Shown in pieces: positions 25,364 through 39,435 of a stretch of 64,000 nucleotides of DNA. The notes below the pieces were generated by a model. It was not told the origin of the DNA, did no database searches, and was given only the letters and a program-made list of their open reading frames with translations. The number at the start of each line of letters is the position of its first letter. Position 1 is the first letter of the stretch. The translations under genes were made by a program, and so were the position numbers. This stretch comes from Octopus bimaculoides (taxonomy: Eukaryota): positions 79,756,063-79,820,062 of the forward strand of contig NC_068987.1 in assembly GCF_001194135.2 (NCBI RefSeq), read 5' to 3'.

Positions 25364-25862
25364 TTGTATTTATATGCCTTTTAGAAATGTTGATGAAGAT
25401 AACTTCATAAGAAACAACCAGAATGGAACTACCCACCCCAGATCAATGTTCTATATGATAGTTAAACACCCAACATTATTTAAATGCTATTTGGCTTTAC
25501 ACTGTTCAATCCATACAAAATTTCCATTGCATGTCATCATTCTAGGTGGAGTGGAGGCGATAAATTTAACACCAGTCCAGTATTTGAATCGAAAAAATTC
25601 GTCTAAATCCAACCATGCCTACAGAATTCCTTATATTAAGCAATGTACAAAACCTGTGGTTTATATATATTATAGATTAAACTTATATCGTAGGATAGAA
25701 AAAAATTCAAAGTTAAGTAGGGGGATATTTTTGTTTAAATAAGTGTTCAATTTTTCTACATGAGTATTTATAAAAAATGAAGAACAAGATGAACAGAATA
25801 AGCCATGAGGAAGTTTTAGACTGAAGACCTGAATAAATCACACAAATTTACACACACACACA

Positions 25863-25935
<73 letters not shown>

Positions 25936-25959
25936 GCATACAAATACATACATACATTT

Positions 25960-26400
25960 TTGTATTTATATGCCTTCTAGAAATGTTGATGAAGTTAACT
26001 TCTTAAGAGCCAACCTGAATGGAAGTAGCTACCCCAGGCGAATGTTGCATAGGTTTGGTGAAAATGATAGACAGGTGGTCAGTTGTAGGGGAGGTGTTAT
26101 AAAAGAACACTCTCCAGCTGTTATTGACATAGCATGTCGTTGCAAATCTAAATATCCAGGGATTTCACTTTTCTGTTCTTTATCTATCATCAAACTATTT
26201 GTTTCCCCATGGTCAAACTCGAGCCAGACAAGCCAGTGTCCGGTTTATAAACACCTTTCTTGTTAAAAGAAATCTGATCAGCTCAGAATATTTACAAATT
26301 TTCTTTCATGTCAATGATTTAATAGAAGCAAATTTGACTGTAAATAAGTTTATTCCAATCGTGAGTGCTCCGTCTTTGTAACTTGAAATTCGACCAATTC
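25960..26400 (-). mobile_element. Highly decayed Penelope-like reverse transcriptase fragment; related copy at ~25360-25620
   Basis: Minus-strand pieces INLFTV, ELIRFLLT, SFNKKGVYKPDTGLSGSSL, CYVNN...EVNFINI occur in the order and spacing of PLE RT motifs (SLFTNVP, G.AMGSPLS, YVDD, FLD); frameshifts must be assumed. Confidence 0.4.
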
Positions 26401-28167
26401 ATGTAAATATTCAGTACATATAAAACCTCTTGGGACAAGTGGACACATAACTGACCACTGCTATAAAAGATAAGAATTATGATTGCGTATCAGAGTTTCG
26501 TCTTTCTTAAGATGGTTGCGGGAGATTACAGATGGGAATGGTATCTGATGGGATTTTAATGCTGCAATTTTTTTTTATTCGTTTATTTCTATTCTATTTA
26601 TTTTCTATTTATTTATGATTATATCGAAAATTTGTCAACACAGTAATTATATGAAGAAAGCTGTTAGGCTTTAAGAAGTGTACTGGGTCAGTAACAAAAC
26701 GGACAATAACCTCTGGATGCTATGAAACACGTGCTGCAGGCTTCAACCAACCGAGTGTAAAATTTCCAACGCAGCCAAATGCCCGCCAGGAAGAATCTTT
26801 GTTGAAGCTAGATCCCTGCTTCTTTCGATGCTACAAGTACAAAGAGATACAGCAAGGAAGTTCCAGTTGAAGGTCTGGAAGTCAATAACGTTATTGTAAA
26901 CTTTGTATTGTAACTTCTTTACAAAGAAACTAAAAACTGAACATGTATATCATCAGTCAGTGGCTGGCTTCGAGTATTTAATTAGACAGATGACTAACGT
27001 ATATTATTATCCTCGGTATTACTGAATAGAACATATAGCTACCATCACTCATATATGAAGAGACAATTCATCTCTCTCGTCTCAATTTTCGTAGCAAAAT
27101 ATGTATCTCTTACACATAAAACTGCAAATGTTTGTTAATATTTTCTTTACGCTAAGGGCGACGGATTAAATGAATCATAAAAAGAATCGAACAGAAATAA
27201 TGCCTTGCGGTATTTTGATACGATACTATACGTTCGTAGTTCAAATTCCGCAAAGATCACGTTTGCTTTAATCTTTCTTCTATTCAGAAAATAAAATCCC
27301 AGCCAAATACTTTGAATGACTTGATGGATCGATAGTCATATACCCAAAGTGAGGTCTTGTGTCTAAGTTAAATACAAACGTTTGGTTAAGAAACCGTTCT
27401 GTTCATCAAGTACTCTTAATCTTTGGAGCCTCAATGAAATATGCCCAACAGTATATAATTCCACCCTTTACGTTCTGAGTTCACATCTCATCGTGATCAA
27501 ATTAATTTTTCATTCTCTCGAAAGAAGAAGACACTTGTCACGCACCGGTGTGTTGGAGTCGGTAAAATGATGTACTACTCAAATACTAGACTCAATTTAT
27601 TTGGCATTTTTCTCCTAGCCATCAAATTTCAGGTATTTACCTACCATAGAAAAAAATATTTACATCGGTTAGGAAATTTGATTCAAGCAAATGAGTGAGG
27701 GAATTGCTCAAGTACGCGTGCGGCACGAAAACATAATAGTTAAGTGTGTCTTCGCAAATTATTGCTGTACCCCGATGACATTTCCTTAATTAAAGACATG
27801 CTTATTTTATTGACTATTTTCTTCAGAAAAAGCTGGGGAGACAATCTCGAAATTTTAATTAAGTAAAATTAATTAAGTTAAATCACCGTGTATAATACGC
27901 ATTCAGTTTACTTCCGAGTTAAAATTGAAATTAGGGGCACATTTACTGAAGGATCACCTGATACATTGAAGAGGAGTAGGAAATTAATTTTTACAGGAAA
28001 AAGGGAGTCGTAACTTTCACCTATAGTTTTTAAACCGCCATCAGTGAAATTTATGTCCCCATTTTCCTTGTAAAAAAACAAAAACCCTTTTAACTTACAT
28101 TTTTTCAACTCATAATTTCACCACGTGTTGTTTACTGAATCTCCAGTATTCTTGCTACTTATATTTA

Positions 28168-28229
<62 letters not shown>

Positions 28230-28374
28230 TATTGTTGCTATGACGGATCTTCATATAACCTTTCAAAAACGCACATCCATAAGAGATGTGATCTCTGAAC
28301 AAATACCGTAGTAGGTGGCCTAGCATTGGTGTATATATATACACCCGCACATACACACAAACACACACACTCAT

Positions 28375-28509
28375 ACAGTCATTTGACTGCGACCATGCTG
28401 GAGCACCGACTTGAATGATTTTAGTTGACCAAATCGGTCCCAGGACTTATTTTGCATTCAGTCTAGTACCTATTCTATCGGTTCGTTTTGTTGAACCGCT
28501 AGATAACGA

Positions 28510-28512
<3 letters not shown>
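28375..28512 (-). mobile_element. SINE family B, 3' half
   Basis: cagtcatttgactgcgaccatgctggagcaccg...tattctatcggt...ttgaaccgctag. Confidence 0.8.
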
Positions 28513-28546
<34 letters not shown>

Positions 28547-29440
28547 TATATATATATATACGTGTGAATGCGTGTGTGATTGAATAAAAGGGTTTCATTC
28601 AGTAATGTTGCCTAGATTAGGAACCATTGAAATCGAAATTATAATATTACGGATGTTATACAAATCCTCACATGGTCGATGGAGTGCAGTCCCCAACACA
28701 ACCCCAAGAGTACTAACGCAAGGAAACATTGAACTCACGACTAACTATTTGTAGGCGAGTATTTTATCCTCTCGACTATTTCTTCTGAATAAGATTTACC
28801 AAATTTCTGTTCGTCGAAAAGAAAAAAAAAAAAAAAAATCCAAATAACCTTAATGTTTGCTTCATATGGTTATGTGCGTGGTTACAACATGAAGTTAATT
28901 TTCTGTGTATACACGAAATATTCCCAAAGGAGGTCATTTGAAAAATATGTGAAATCCGTTAGTCAAAGAATTGTGTACATAATTTATTTTTTCATCAAAA
29001 GACGCATTAACTGGAATTTTGCAACAAGACGAAATATTTCTACAAATATTAGGGACAAGCGTTCACTAGAAACAGATCCAAAAATAGATCGAACGTACTC
29101 CTTGAAGAATCGAAGTCAAGATTAGCATTGCTCATATCCTTCGGCAGTTTAGACATCAAATTATAGCTTTGGAACAGCTGAAGATGTTCTTAGTTATCGT
29201 CGCAGGGATTCGAGATCTTCTCTTGGAAAAGCAGAATTATTGTGAGACGAGAAAATATCAATTAAGCTGAGAGGTCCTGGCGTGAATGTATGATTAGTAA
29301 TCATTGATCGCAACTGAAGGTCAACGTGATGCTGTGCAAGATACACAGCAGTAAGGAAATAGAGACTTACTGCCAACTAAATCATGCAATTACAGGTTCA
29401 CTCCGTATCGAAGTATTTCTCTGTCATATTATCATTTTGT

Positions 29441-29485
<45 letters not shown>

Positions 29486-29533
29486 ATATATATATATTTA
29501 TACCTGTCTGTCTATCTATCTATCTATCTACCA

Positions 29534-29566
<33 letters not shown>

Positions 29567-29926
29567 ATCTATCTAACTTTCTACCTATCTTTATTGCTGT
29601 CTCTTAATTTTCTGCTTAACAATATAGCAAGTGTGCGTGTGCAGATACAACATATAATTGTACAGGTGTATGTATAAAATTAATTTAACACCTATTTAGC
29701 ATTTCATCTTAATATCTATCTCATATCAGTTGAATACATGAACTACATTATCAATTATACATACATACATAAACATGCATACACACACGCACGCATGTAT
29801 CCATGTATGTTTGTATACCTATAAATATATATTGTGTATGGATGTACACAGTCATATAGCTACATATGTATATTTGCATGTCTCTTTATATATGGATATA
29901 TGTGTATATATGCCTATATCTATCTA

Positions 29927-29973
<47 letters not shown>

Positions 29974-30131
29974 NNNNNNNNNNNNNNNNNNNNNNNNNNN
30001 NNNNNNNNNNNNNNNNNNNNNNNNNNNNNNNNNNNNNNNNNNNNNNNNNNNNNNNNNNNNNNNNNNNNNNNNNNNNNNNNNNNNNNNNNNNNNNNNNNNN
30101 NNNNNNNNNNNNNNNNNNNNNNNNNNNNNNN

Positions 30132-30162
<31 letters not shown>

Positions 30163-31339
30163 ATAGATAGATAGATAAATAGGTAGACAGATCGATACAT
30201 ATGTATATGTATAAACATATGTGTGTATGTTTATATCTATATATGTATATATTTTTCTATGTATAATGATGTGTATATGTACGCTTGTATATTTGCTTGA
30301 GATTCTATAGACATCCACCATATTCACTAAAACTGTCCTGGATCTATACGAATTATTCACTATCCACCACATGAGTCTATGCAAATGAATATAACTTATA
30401 TATGCTTGTGTATGTGTATGTGTATTTATATAAGTGTGTGTGTTACTTTCTGAAAGTAACTTTCATACATAGTGTGATATGTGATGTAAAGGAGTGGTTT
30501 TGACTTCCATGCATTCACTGAATGCGTTTGGCAAAACATATCGGAAATGGCGTCGCTGGGAGACGAACGGATTTATTTCTGCACTTCGGCTTATATAATA
30601 AATACGTCAACACGCGCAATGAACATGAACACATTCTTTGTTTGTCTTTCCACTCTAGACTCCCTCCATCTATTCACACTTGTGTATAGAGGTACAAAAT
30701 GTGAGATTATGAAAAAAAATTGTTAATCGATGTCAACTGCTAAATGTAAACAAACCTGCACGTCACATCTAAGGTCTTTTGGTTCGCGTAACACTGTCTG
30801 AAACATTGCTAATTTTAAAAGAATTTATCTTACAGCTTATGTATGTAGCACAAACTGCGAGCATCTATGTGTGTATGCAATTGTATGTATGTACGTTTGT
30901 ATGCTATTCTACAGCTTTATTTCAAGATTTCTTGCTAATAGAGAAAGAGCCGGATTCTAACCTAGATTCAAGGCTCCTTCATTGGAAGTTCAACATCAAC
31001 ATCAAGGTATTTTTGTTTGTATGTATATTTGCAGATTAGTATGTTTTGCCTTATGAGGGGTGCACAAAACCTCTCACTTTACTTTTGAAAATCTTTTTAC
31101 ATATTTGAAACCGGTTAAGTTAATAAATGCTTTTAAAAGACTCCTACATTTTCAGATTCTTTCCCTTATATACATAGATGTGTGTGTGTGTGTGTGTGCG
31201 TGTGTGTTTATGTGTGTAACTGTGTGTGGGTGTAAATACTCTCTCACAAGGATCGTAGTAGTCATGCGTCTAAGTTTCAGTCCTTCTGACTGATTTCCTC
31301 GTTTAATTTGCTCGTTTCTTTAACAATGTCTTTCTTATG

Positions 31340-31487
31340 CCAATCATCTTCATAATCGTTGTCATCATCATTCTCATCAACATCATCATCATCATAATCA
31401 TCATCACCATCATCATCATCATTCTCATCAACATCACAACCAGCAAGAGTATCAACATTTCCCTCCACCTCTACCCCTCTTCCTCCT

Positions 31488-31542
<55 letters not shown>

Positions 31543-31550
31543 CACTACTA
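31340..31550. repeat. (CAT)n and (CTA)n trinucleotide repeats
   Basis: Visible runs; source of the poly-I/poly-T/poly-D ORFs. Confidence 0.9.
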
Positions 31551-32260
31551 CTTTTTCTTCGTCTTCTATATTAATTATCTTTCGCCTTCCATTCTATTTT
31601 CCTCCAAACACTACGGACATTCCTGCTCTGATGACACCAATGAAAATGTTCATATTGTATCTATTCTCAACTATTAATATAAAGTAATTAATTTGTAGAA
31701 GTCGTCGTGAGCGTGTAGTTTTCACGAACGTGGAAAAGAGGGAGGTTTGCACAAAAATATCTTCGAGTCGGATTCAATCGAAATATTTACGATAAGTGAA
31801 AATGAATTTCAATTGGATCAAGAATTCCGGAACCCTTAGTAGTGGCCATTTAAAACGGCATCATTTTCTCATTCTCTATTTGTTTTTTTGTTTTTTTTTT
31901 TCTTCCTTCTGTAAATAGCGTTCCATTTCTTCTTTAGAATAAAACGCCTCTTTCTCAAAATGCTTGATATGTTAGACTGCATCAGCTAAAACGAAATACG
32001 ATAGAAAATGCTTCCTCCCAAATATGTAATTATATACGTCTTGTATTCGTGCACAGCTTATCGCCAATGAAATTTATACGATCTATAATAGTGTCATTAA
32101 ATTTCGGTTGACACGAATGAATATTTATTCCGACTATCATCCGAAAACATTATCTTAACGAATTGCTTCCGATTGTTATCGAGAAGGCAAAAATCTAGAC
32201 AATTTGTATTCATTCAATTTTCAACCACCTACTTCCTACCCGCTCGCTCTATTTCTCTCC

Positions 32261-32262
<2 letters not shown>

Positions 32263-32350
<88 letters not shown>
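32263..32350. repeat. (TG)n microsatellite
   Basis: Visible run. Confidence 0.95.
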
Positions 32351-32354
<4 letters not shown>

Positions 32355-32519
32355 ACATACACATGTATATATACGCTTATTTATATACATACATATATTC
32401 TATATGTGTGTGTTTGGGTGTATGTGTGTGCATTTACGCATATATAAGTGGGTGTGAATACATGATTTTTTTGTATCCTCTTCTCACGCAAGCAAAAGCA
32501 CAGAACAACAAACAGTCAG

Positions 32520-32559
<40 letters not shown>

Positions 32560-32859
32560 GTACACACACACACACACGCGCACATACACAACATACACGT
32601 ATATCAATGTAAGAAAACCTGTATGGTTAAATGGTTAAGATGCTCGATTCGTTACTATGTGGTCTCAGATTCAGTCAATTAAAAGACATTTTGTGCAAGT
32701 GTCTTCAAAAACTACGGATAAAACAACTACTAGTAAGCAAAATTGATGACCTGTGGTCATAAGTGTTCCAGCCACTTCTATACCGCCCTCTGATCAAACA
32801 GAACTGCTGTAAAGCATATTACTGTTTTGACAAGTGAAATTTTAGACTACCTTTATATA

Positions 32860-32994
32860 TTCCTGATAGCAACAGCTTCTATATGAGATCTAAATCATCT
32901 ACATGCTCGAATCAAGTGGTCTTGGTTCGTTTTGGACATTACTCTGACTATGGCAGCTTCCATAAAATCTTTGGTGTTAAGGACGTGTTCGTTG

Positions 32995-33038
<44 letters not shown>

Positions 33039-33841
33039 TGACCTCTCCACACGTAATAGTCCAATGGATTGAGAACTGGGGAATTAGTAGACAAAATGTT
33101 AGGGGTTATGTAATCATGAAAACTTTCAGCCATCCGTTCTTGTGTTGCTAGAACTATGTGTGATAGTGAACAGTCTTACAGAAACATATATGGCCTTCCA
33201 TTGCATACACTGTCTATCCAGGGCGAAACAATTATTTCCAGGGCCTCAGCGTAGGTGGCAGATTTAACTCTAATGCTTTGAGAACGAAGTAAGGAGGCAT
33301 CACACGGCCTTCATTGCTGACAACCCCTAAAACCATGACAGTTGCAGGAAATTTTGTATGCATAACACCTGGAACTTCAGAAGGGCCTGCACATAACCAT
33401 CTGCTATTTCTTAGTTTTTCGCGTTTGAGAAAAACCAAATCAAATCTTCTTCTGCTGGAATTTTCAGTTTGTTTAAGACCCTTTTAGAACTGATGTAGTG
33501 ATTTTCATTTGCTTTTTCTGACAAACTGACCTTTCCTCATCACATAGGACTTATATATTTTGTCTTCGTGGACAATATTTCTCACTGTTCCTTCTGACAC
33601 ATGGAGATCGTTTGCAATTGACTTCATGGACTTTCTGGGATAGTAATCAATAGTCTGTTTAACTTGCTGGATAAATTCAGGGTGTTCTGGTAATTTCAAA
33701 GCATTTAGAATGCTTTTTATGCTTTGTTACTGGTGATACGTTTCCATCTACAGTTTCTAGCTCCTTACAAATCTTTTTAGACGAAAGATCTGGCAAATTT
33801 TAAAAATCGAGATATTTCTAAATCGATATGAACAGCCTGTA
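32860..33841 (-). mobile_element. Tc1/mariner superfamily, maT (DD37D) transposon, decayed
   Basis: HTH PRKSMKSIANDLHVSEGTVRNIVHED; KFPATVMVLGVVSNEG; FL*DCSLSH...NSPVLNPLDYYVW with 37 residues between the second and third catalytic D; TA-flanked end near 33841. Confidence 0.85.
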
Positions 33842-34538
33842 TAACCACAATAACAGCATGTCTCTTCATTACTTGATTAAGCTGATGGTCTGCCATTATT
33901 ATTTTCTGAAACAAAGATTATACAGAGTTAGCAAAAAATGCAGCAATGACCCAAAAATTGTATATCCTAAAATACCTTACGCACCCGGTATATATAGATG
34001 AACGAACGATCATGCAGTTAAAAAAATTCATTAAAGAAACATGATCACTGTGAAGGTTACCCTTTTGATCGTGTACTTCCGCGATCAGTGTTGACCTGAC
34101 GTTCAGTAACAATAGCAACAACAGGACGAACAGCAACAACAACAACAACAACATGATGGCAGTTATTCTTTTACTGATTGTTCATTGTATTTCGATGTGG
34201 ATTCATTTAAATGTATTTTGTGTTTTATTGAATATGTATAATAAATATCGAAAATTATGACCAGTAATTGTTACCAGCAGTCGTCTATCATGCTCCCATA
34301 CGTAATCTTTGTAATATATGACAGCATATCTTTAACAATGTAGCTGGTTATCGCATAAGGTATTGAATATCTGAATGGTCACATTAACAGAGTATCCAGT
34401 CATATTAATATAAAACCAGTTTCACTTTATTTCCTTGCATATAAAATTCTTTTCAATTTTCGTTTGTATAACTTCTTCCTTTCAATGAATATATTTGCCT
34501 GAATTTCTGCTCTTTCTCAGCGTTAGTCATTCGCTCCC

Positions 34539-34539
<1 letters not shown>

Positions 34540-34630
<91 letters not shown>

Positions 34631-34978
34631 GTCTTCCTTTGTTTCTCTCTTGCTATCTTTCCGTTACTTTATCTATTTCTCTCTCTTTCTCTAGCTTGCA
34701 TTCTATCCCTATCTCACTCTCACTTTCATTCTTACTCTGTCCCTATCTCTTCCATCCACAAAGTGTTCCATAACTAAAATAAATACACCTCTATCAGTGT
34801 TTCTCCACTTTTATTATTCACTCTTACCCGTTATCTCTAATCTCTACCTACTCTCTATATTTTTCTCTTTCGATCTCTCTCCCTTTCACTATATCTATCT
34901 ATCTATCTATCTCTCTATCTACCTATTTATTTTTCTATCTATCTACCTACCTACCTACCTATTTATTTTTTCTATCTA

Positions 34979-35053
<75 letters not shown>

Positions 35054-35062
35054 GTCTGTTTT

Positions 35063-35103
<41 letters not shown>

Positions 35104-35162
35104 TTATATATCTATTTATTTTTCTATCTATTTATCAATTTATCTATCTATTTTTCTTTCTT

Positions 35163-35194
<32 letters not shown>

Positions 35195-35290
35195 ACTATC
35201 TATCTATCTATCTGTCTGTCTGTCTATCTGTCTATCTATCTATCTATTTAACTATCTATCTATTTCTCTGTCTTTCTATCCTTATCACTA
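34540..35290. repeat. (CT)n, (TA)n and (TCTA)n compound repeat
   Basis: Visible runs. Confidence 0.9.
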
Positions 35291-35810
35291 CACATCTTTC
35301 ATTTTCATTGGCAATATCAATATAGAGTCCTAAGTCTTTATAAATGTTGAATGTTTGCTTCTTAATATGCTATTAAATGTTCTTGCCAAGTAATCAGCGC
35401 CTCTTAGAAGGAAACCATTTATAAGGCACGATAACTGAGGTTGTGTGAATACATTTAGAAGATTTCACCTTGTTTTGCCTACTTAATCCGCCTTTACAAA
35501 TGAAGACAAAATTGCAGATAGCAATATATAGATTTGCATAAATAAACACCAGTTCATATGCAAATATTCGTTAACATATGTGTGCGTATGCATATAAACG
35601 TATATATACATACATGCATACATACATACATACATACATGCATACATACATACATACATACATAGTTGTTATTGGTATTATTACATAGTCCCAAATCAAT
35701 CCTGACCGAGCAGACCTATGGTCAAGAGATTTTCAGCTAAGTTCATCCTGCTTTTTCATATATATATATATATATGTCTGTGTGTGTGTGTGTATGTGTG
35801 TGTGTGTACG

Positions 35811-35884
<74 letters not shown>

Positions 35885-36261
35885 AGAAATTTTTACAAGG
35901 AAAAGTTTCATAGTGACTTCGAAATTACAGCTTGTTCACCGTCATCAGACAGTTTGATGTCCGCGAGCAAACGAAAATTCCTAAAATATTCTTAATAACA
36001 ATAAATATGAACTCCAATCAAATCTAATCCTTTATGTTATTGTTAAATAGTTTTATGTATATATTCACATAAAGATCATACGCACACACACACACGCGCT
36101 CACACACACACACGCGCTCACACACACACACGCGCTCACACACACATATATATATATATATATACATACACATATATATATACATATATATATATATATA
36201 TGTATAAACTCACATATACATACATACATATCTATCTATCAATATATATATACATGCAAAT

Positions 36262-37312
36262 ATAACGGTAGAGGCATAAGGTCAGTCCACACAGCCTTTG
36301 AATGTTGCATTATATCACTCAGACAACACCTGCTGAACAGTAAAGAAAGAAATGTGTACATTCCACTCATACTCAAAAGTGAGAGCAAGAAAATCTTTAG
36401 AGCTGGAGAAAAGCTACTGTGCAGATACTCTGAGAATACAAGAAAACAAATGTCTCACGCGAGCCAAAGGAGGCTGAACAGGCTTACCTAAACAGAACCT
36501 TTGGAAGAGAAGCATGCATCATACCAAGAAAAAGCAATGCATGGATACATATCCTGTAACCTCTAGGGTAACAACAGCATTTACAAGAAGAGTAGCCTCT
36601 CCTTGACCTAGGATAGATGCAGTATATCCCATCTACAAGGATATGCCTTCGTGGTCCAGGAACACGAGATAACTACTAAATAACTGATAAACAAGAGGGA
36701 CAAAAATACCACCAAACCTCCACGTTGTTATAAAAAAAAAATTGTTGATTCTGCTATAGCCGTTTGGAAGATATCCCTCACATCATCAGCAGCTACCTCA
36801 AAATGTTTACCAGATACTCTCTGCTCCTGAGGCATAATTTAGTTCCAAAGATTATTTACAATGCATCTGCTGGAAGTACTTCCCTGACGTCGAAGATATG
36901 TCAGAAACAGCAGGTACTCACACCATTAAAAAGAAGGAATACTGGTGTAGCACTCCAATAAAAACATCACTTCGGTGCAAACATAACAGACCTGATACTG
37001 TTCTGTAGGAAAGGGAACAAATGTCATGCATTGTTGTAGAGGTCAGATGTCCAGCGAATGTGAATATACAATCAAAGTCCAGGTAAAAGGAAACATTTTT
37101 GGCGAATTATTGCGGAAAATACAACTTTTGTACCCTGACTATGACTTCTTATCTTTATATATCATCATAGGTGCATTAGTTTCTGTACTAAGGAATTTGC
37201 GCGGAAACCTTGAAATACTCGATTTCAGAAGAAAGATCTAAAGAAACTGACGCAGATTCTCCAAATCCAATCTGTTAGTGGCATATTGAAGATCTTTAAG
37301 ACATACCAAGTG
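36262..37312 (+). mobile_element. R4/Dong-type non-LTR retrotransposon 3' portion (RT C-terminus, CCHC knuckle, restriction-like endonuclease), decayed
   Basis: NGRGIRSVHTAFECC; AFVVQEHEITTK; C*FCYSRLEDIPHIISS...LRHNLVPK (degenerate CCHC); KHNRPDTV...VVEVRCPANVNI (PD..E motif); IIIGAL; QIQSVSGILKIFK. Confidence 0.75.
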
Positions 37313-37339
37313 AATGGATGCACACACTTGAGTATATGT

Positions 37340-37860
37340 ATCGACAATTAAACCAATACAAAAATCAACCACATATTTACAAACATGGGTTCTTAACGAG
37401 TTGGCTTAGTAACGAGTAATTGCTACTCCTTAGCATTGCAGCAGATTTTCCCCCATATCTCAATGCCAGCAGACACCCTTTACATAGAATCTATCAGTGG
37501 TTCGGGTTTCGCTTTCTGTTTCTGTCTTGTCTTTGTTTTTGTTTATGGCCTTAGTATTTTTATTTTTATTTTACTTCTTGTATTTATAGACTTGGTATGT
37601 GTCCTATCTTGCTTCCTAATGTCTGTGGTTGGTGATCTTCCCTTTTATTCTGTATGGTTATGGCAAATTTCCATTGGCCAAACTCCGTTTTCCTCACCAT
37701 TGTTTTGAAAGCTGGAGCATGGTGTTGGTACCTTCTGTAGTTTTACTGATTCTCTGGAATCGGTTAATGATTTCTTTGTCTGCGCTTGACTTAACTTCAT
37801 GCTGCATTCAGTTGTTTTGCAAGATTTCTCCTTCAATAAAGTCGGCTTTTTTTACATTCA
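37340..37860 (-). mobile_element. Decayed Penelope-like element (region after RT)
   Basis: KEIINRFQRISK...LANGNLP and FYVKGV...GV...ANSLRTH resemble PLE motifs NGYP and PYVKG.SE...NTLR. Confidence 0.4.
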
Positions 37861-38512
37861 TCAGATTAAAGGGTGCGAGTGCTCAAAAGTAAAATGAAAT
37901 ACTTTTAGGATGAAAGTTAAAGTGTTAAGATAACAAATGTGTCTAAGAAATCTTCGTTATTTGAATATAGTTTCCAAAGGAGTATGGAATGAAGTTCAGT
38001 GAGATTGTATAATAAAATGAGATGCGATAATAAAGCGAGATAATACAAGGAAAGGAAATATAAAGGAGATGTGATGCATAAATGTTACTTACCTTGGGCT
38101 TGTGCTTATAGGATAAAACTAAAATATATCTGATCAGAATGTTACCATTGGTTTCGTGCCGACTGATGTACTTGTTAACAGTGATGACTTTTCAGACATA
38201 CTGGTCATAAATGTATTTCTTATAAGCTGCAGGCATATAGAAGCCCTAGGGACCTCGGTGTTAGTAAAAAGATCCGGATAATAAAAAAATATATTTTCTT
38301 GATGTTAGCCGTGGTTGAAGTATGTCAGTCGTTTGCACATACATGTGTGTCATTCCCTAATCCCAAAACGGAGTCAGCCACACACATTGCTAAAACAAAT
38401 TTCTGCTGAAGGGCATTATCTGAATATTTCGCTTTTCGAGTTCAGGAATGCGTCCGGAATTCAGTACATGATCAGTTATATGCAATAACTAGTAATATAC
38501 CACTCAGCGAGA

Positions 38513-38692
38513 TACATACATACATACATACATACATACATACATACATACATACATGCATACATACATACATACATACATACACACATGCATACATACA
38601 TACATACATACATGCATACATACATACATACATACATACATACATACATACATACAAACATACATACGTACATACATACATACATACATACA
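38513..38692. repeat. (TACA)n tetranucleotide microsatellite
   Basis: Visible run with occasional TGCA variants. Confidence 0.95.
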
Positions 38693-39319
38693 GCACAGGG
38701 ATGAAAATGTTTTGGTTAATTTATACATTATATATGCATATGTCTAGACATAGGTATTTTTCATATATGTGCATTTTGATGACATGTATTGGAGTATATT
38801 TATATAAATATTTCTTCTCGGTGTACATTTGTGCATGTGCGTATGTATATTTTTGATTTCTGAAGTAAAGACATAAAATTTGCACACATTAGCACAGTAT
38901 CTAACTCGGCTTGAAATAGAATTGCCTAGAGCTGATGTGCCATATGATGCTATGATATAAACTGAGTTCTATTATGAAGTAGCTCACAATAGTAAACATG
39001 TTTTTCCAGTGTTTCTACTCTCTAGTTGGAATATCTGTATCTGCAATCAGCCTAATTAGAAAATAACTGCACAATTGAAGGAGTGATATTGTATTTGTGT
39101 GAGACCTTAGATCTTGAATATCATTTATCAAGCTGGCATTAATAAACGTAGTAATAATCATGTGTTAGCGCCTATTCTATTCGTACTGCTGCTGTGAAAA
39201 GTAAGTTTAATCATCACTCAGTAACAATTAATAGCATTCTGGGAGAAAAAAATATATAAAATTCTCCCAGATTTATGAAACATGAAGAAGGTGTAAAAAG
39301 AACGAACAAAGAAGGAACA

Positions 39320-39435
39320 TATAATTATCGGGAATGCGACACAAGTGAATTCAGAATTAAAGTATTTGGGGATTTAATCGAAGCCAGAGGGATGAAAAGC
39401 TAAGTCAACACCGTCAGGATTTGAAGTCAGAAAGC
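39320..39435 (-). mobile_element. SINE family A fragment
   Basis: gatttaatcga...gggatgaaaagctaagtcaac...atttgaagtcagaa. Confidence 0.6.

Noticed and set aside
26660-26880. Cys-containing open frames (FKKCTGSV...; NTCCRLQPTECK...KCPPG)
   Set aside because: No start codon or convincing splice pair, a frameshift is needed to join them, and I recognise no domain.
30913-31004. Open exon-like segment LFQDFLLIEKEPDSNLDSRLLHWKFNINIK
   Set aside because: No recognisable homology. It is embedded in (GTAT)n-type sequence and resembles, from memory only, a dispersed octopus repeat.
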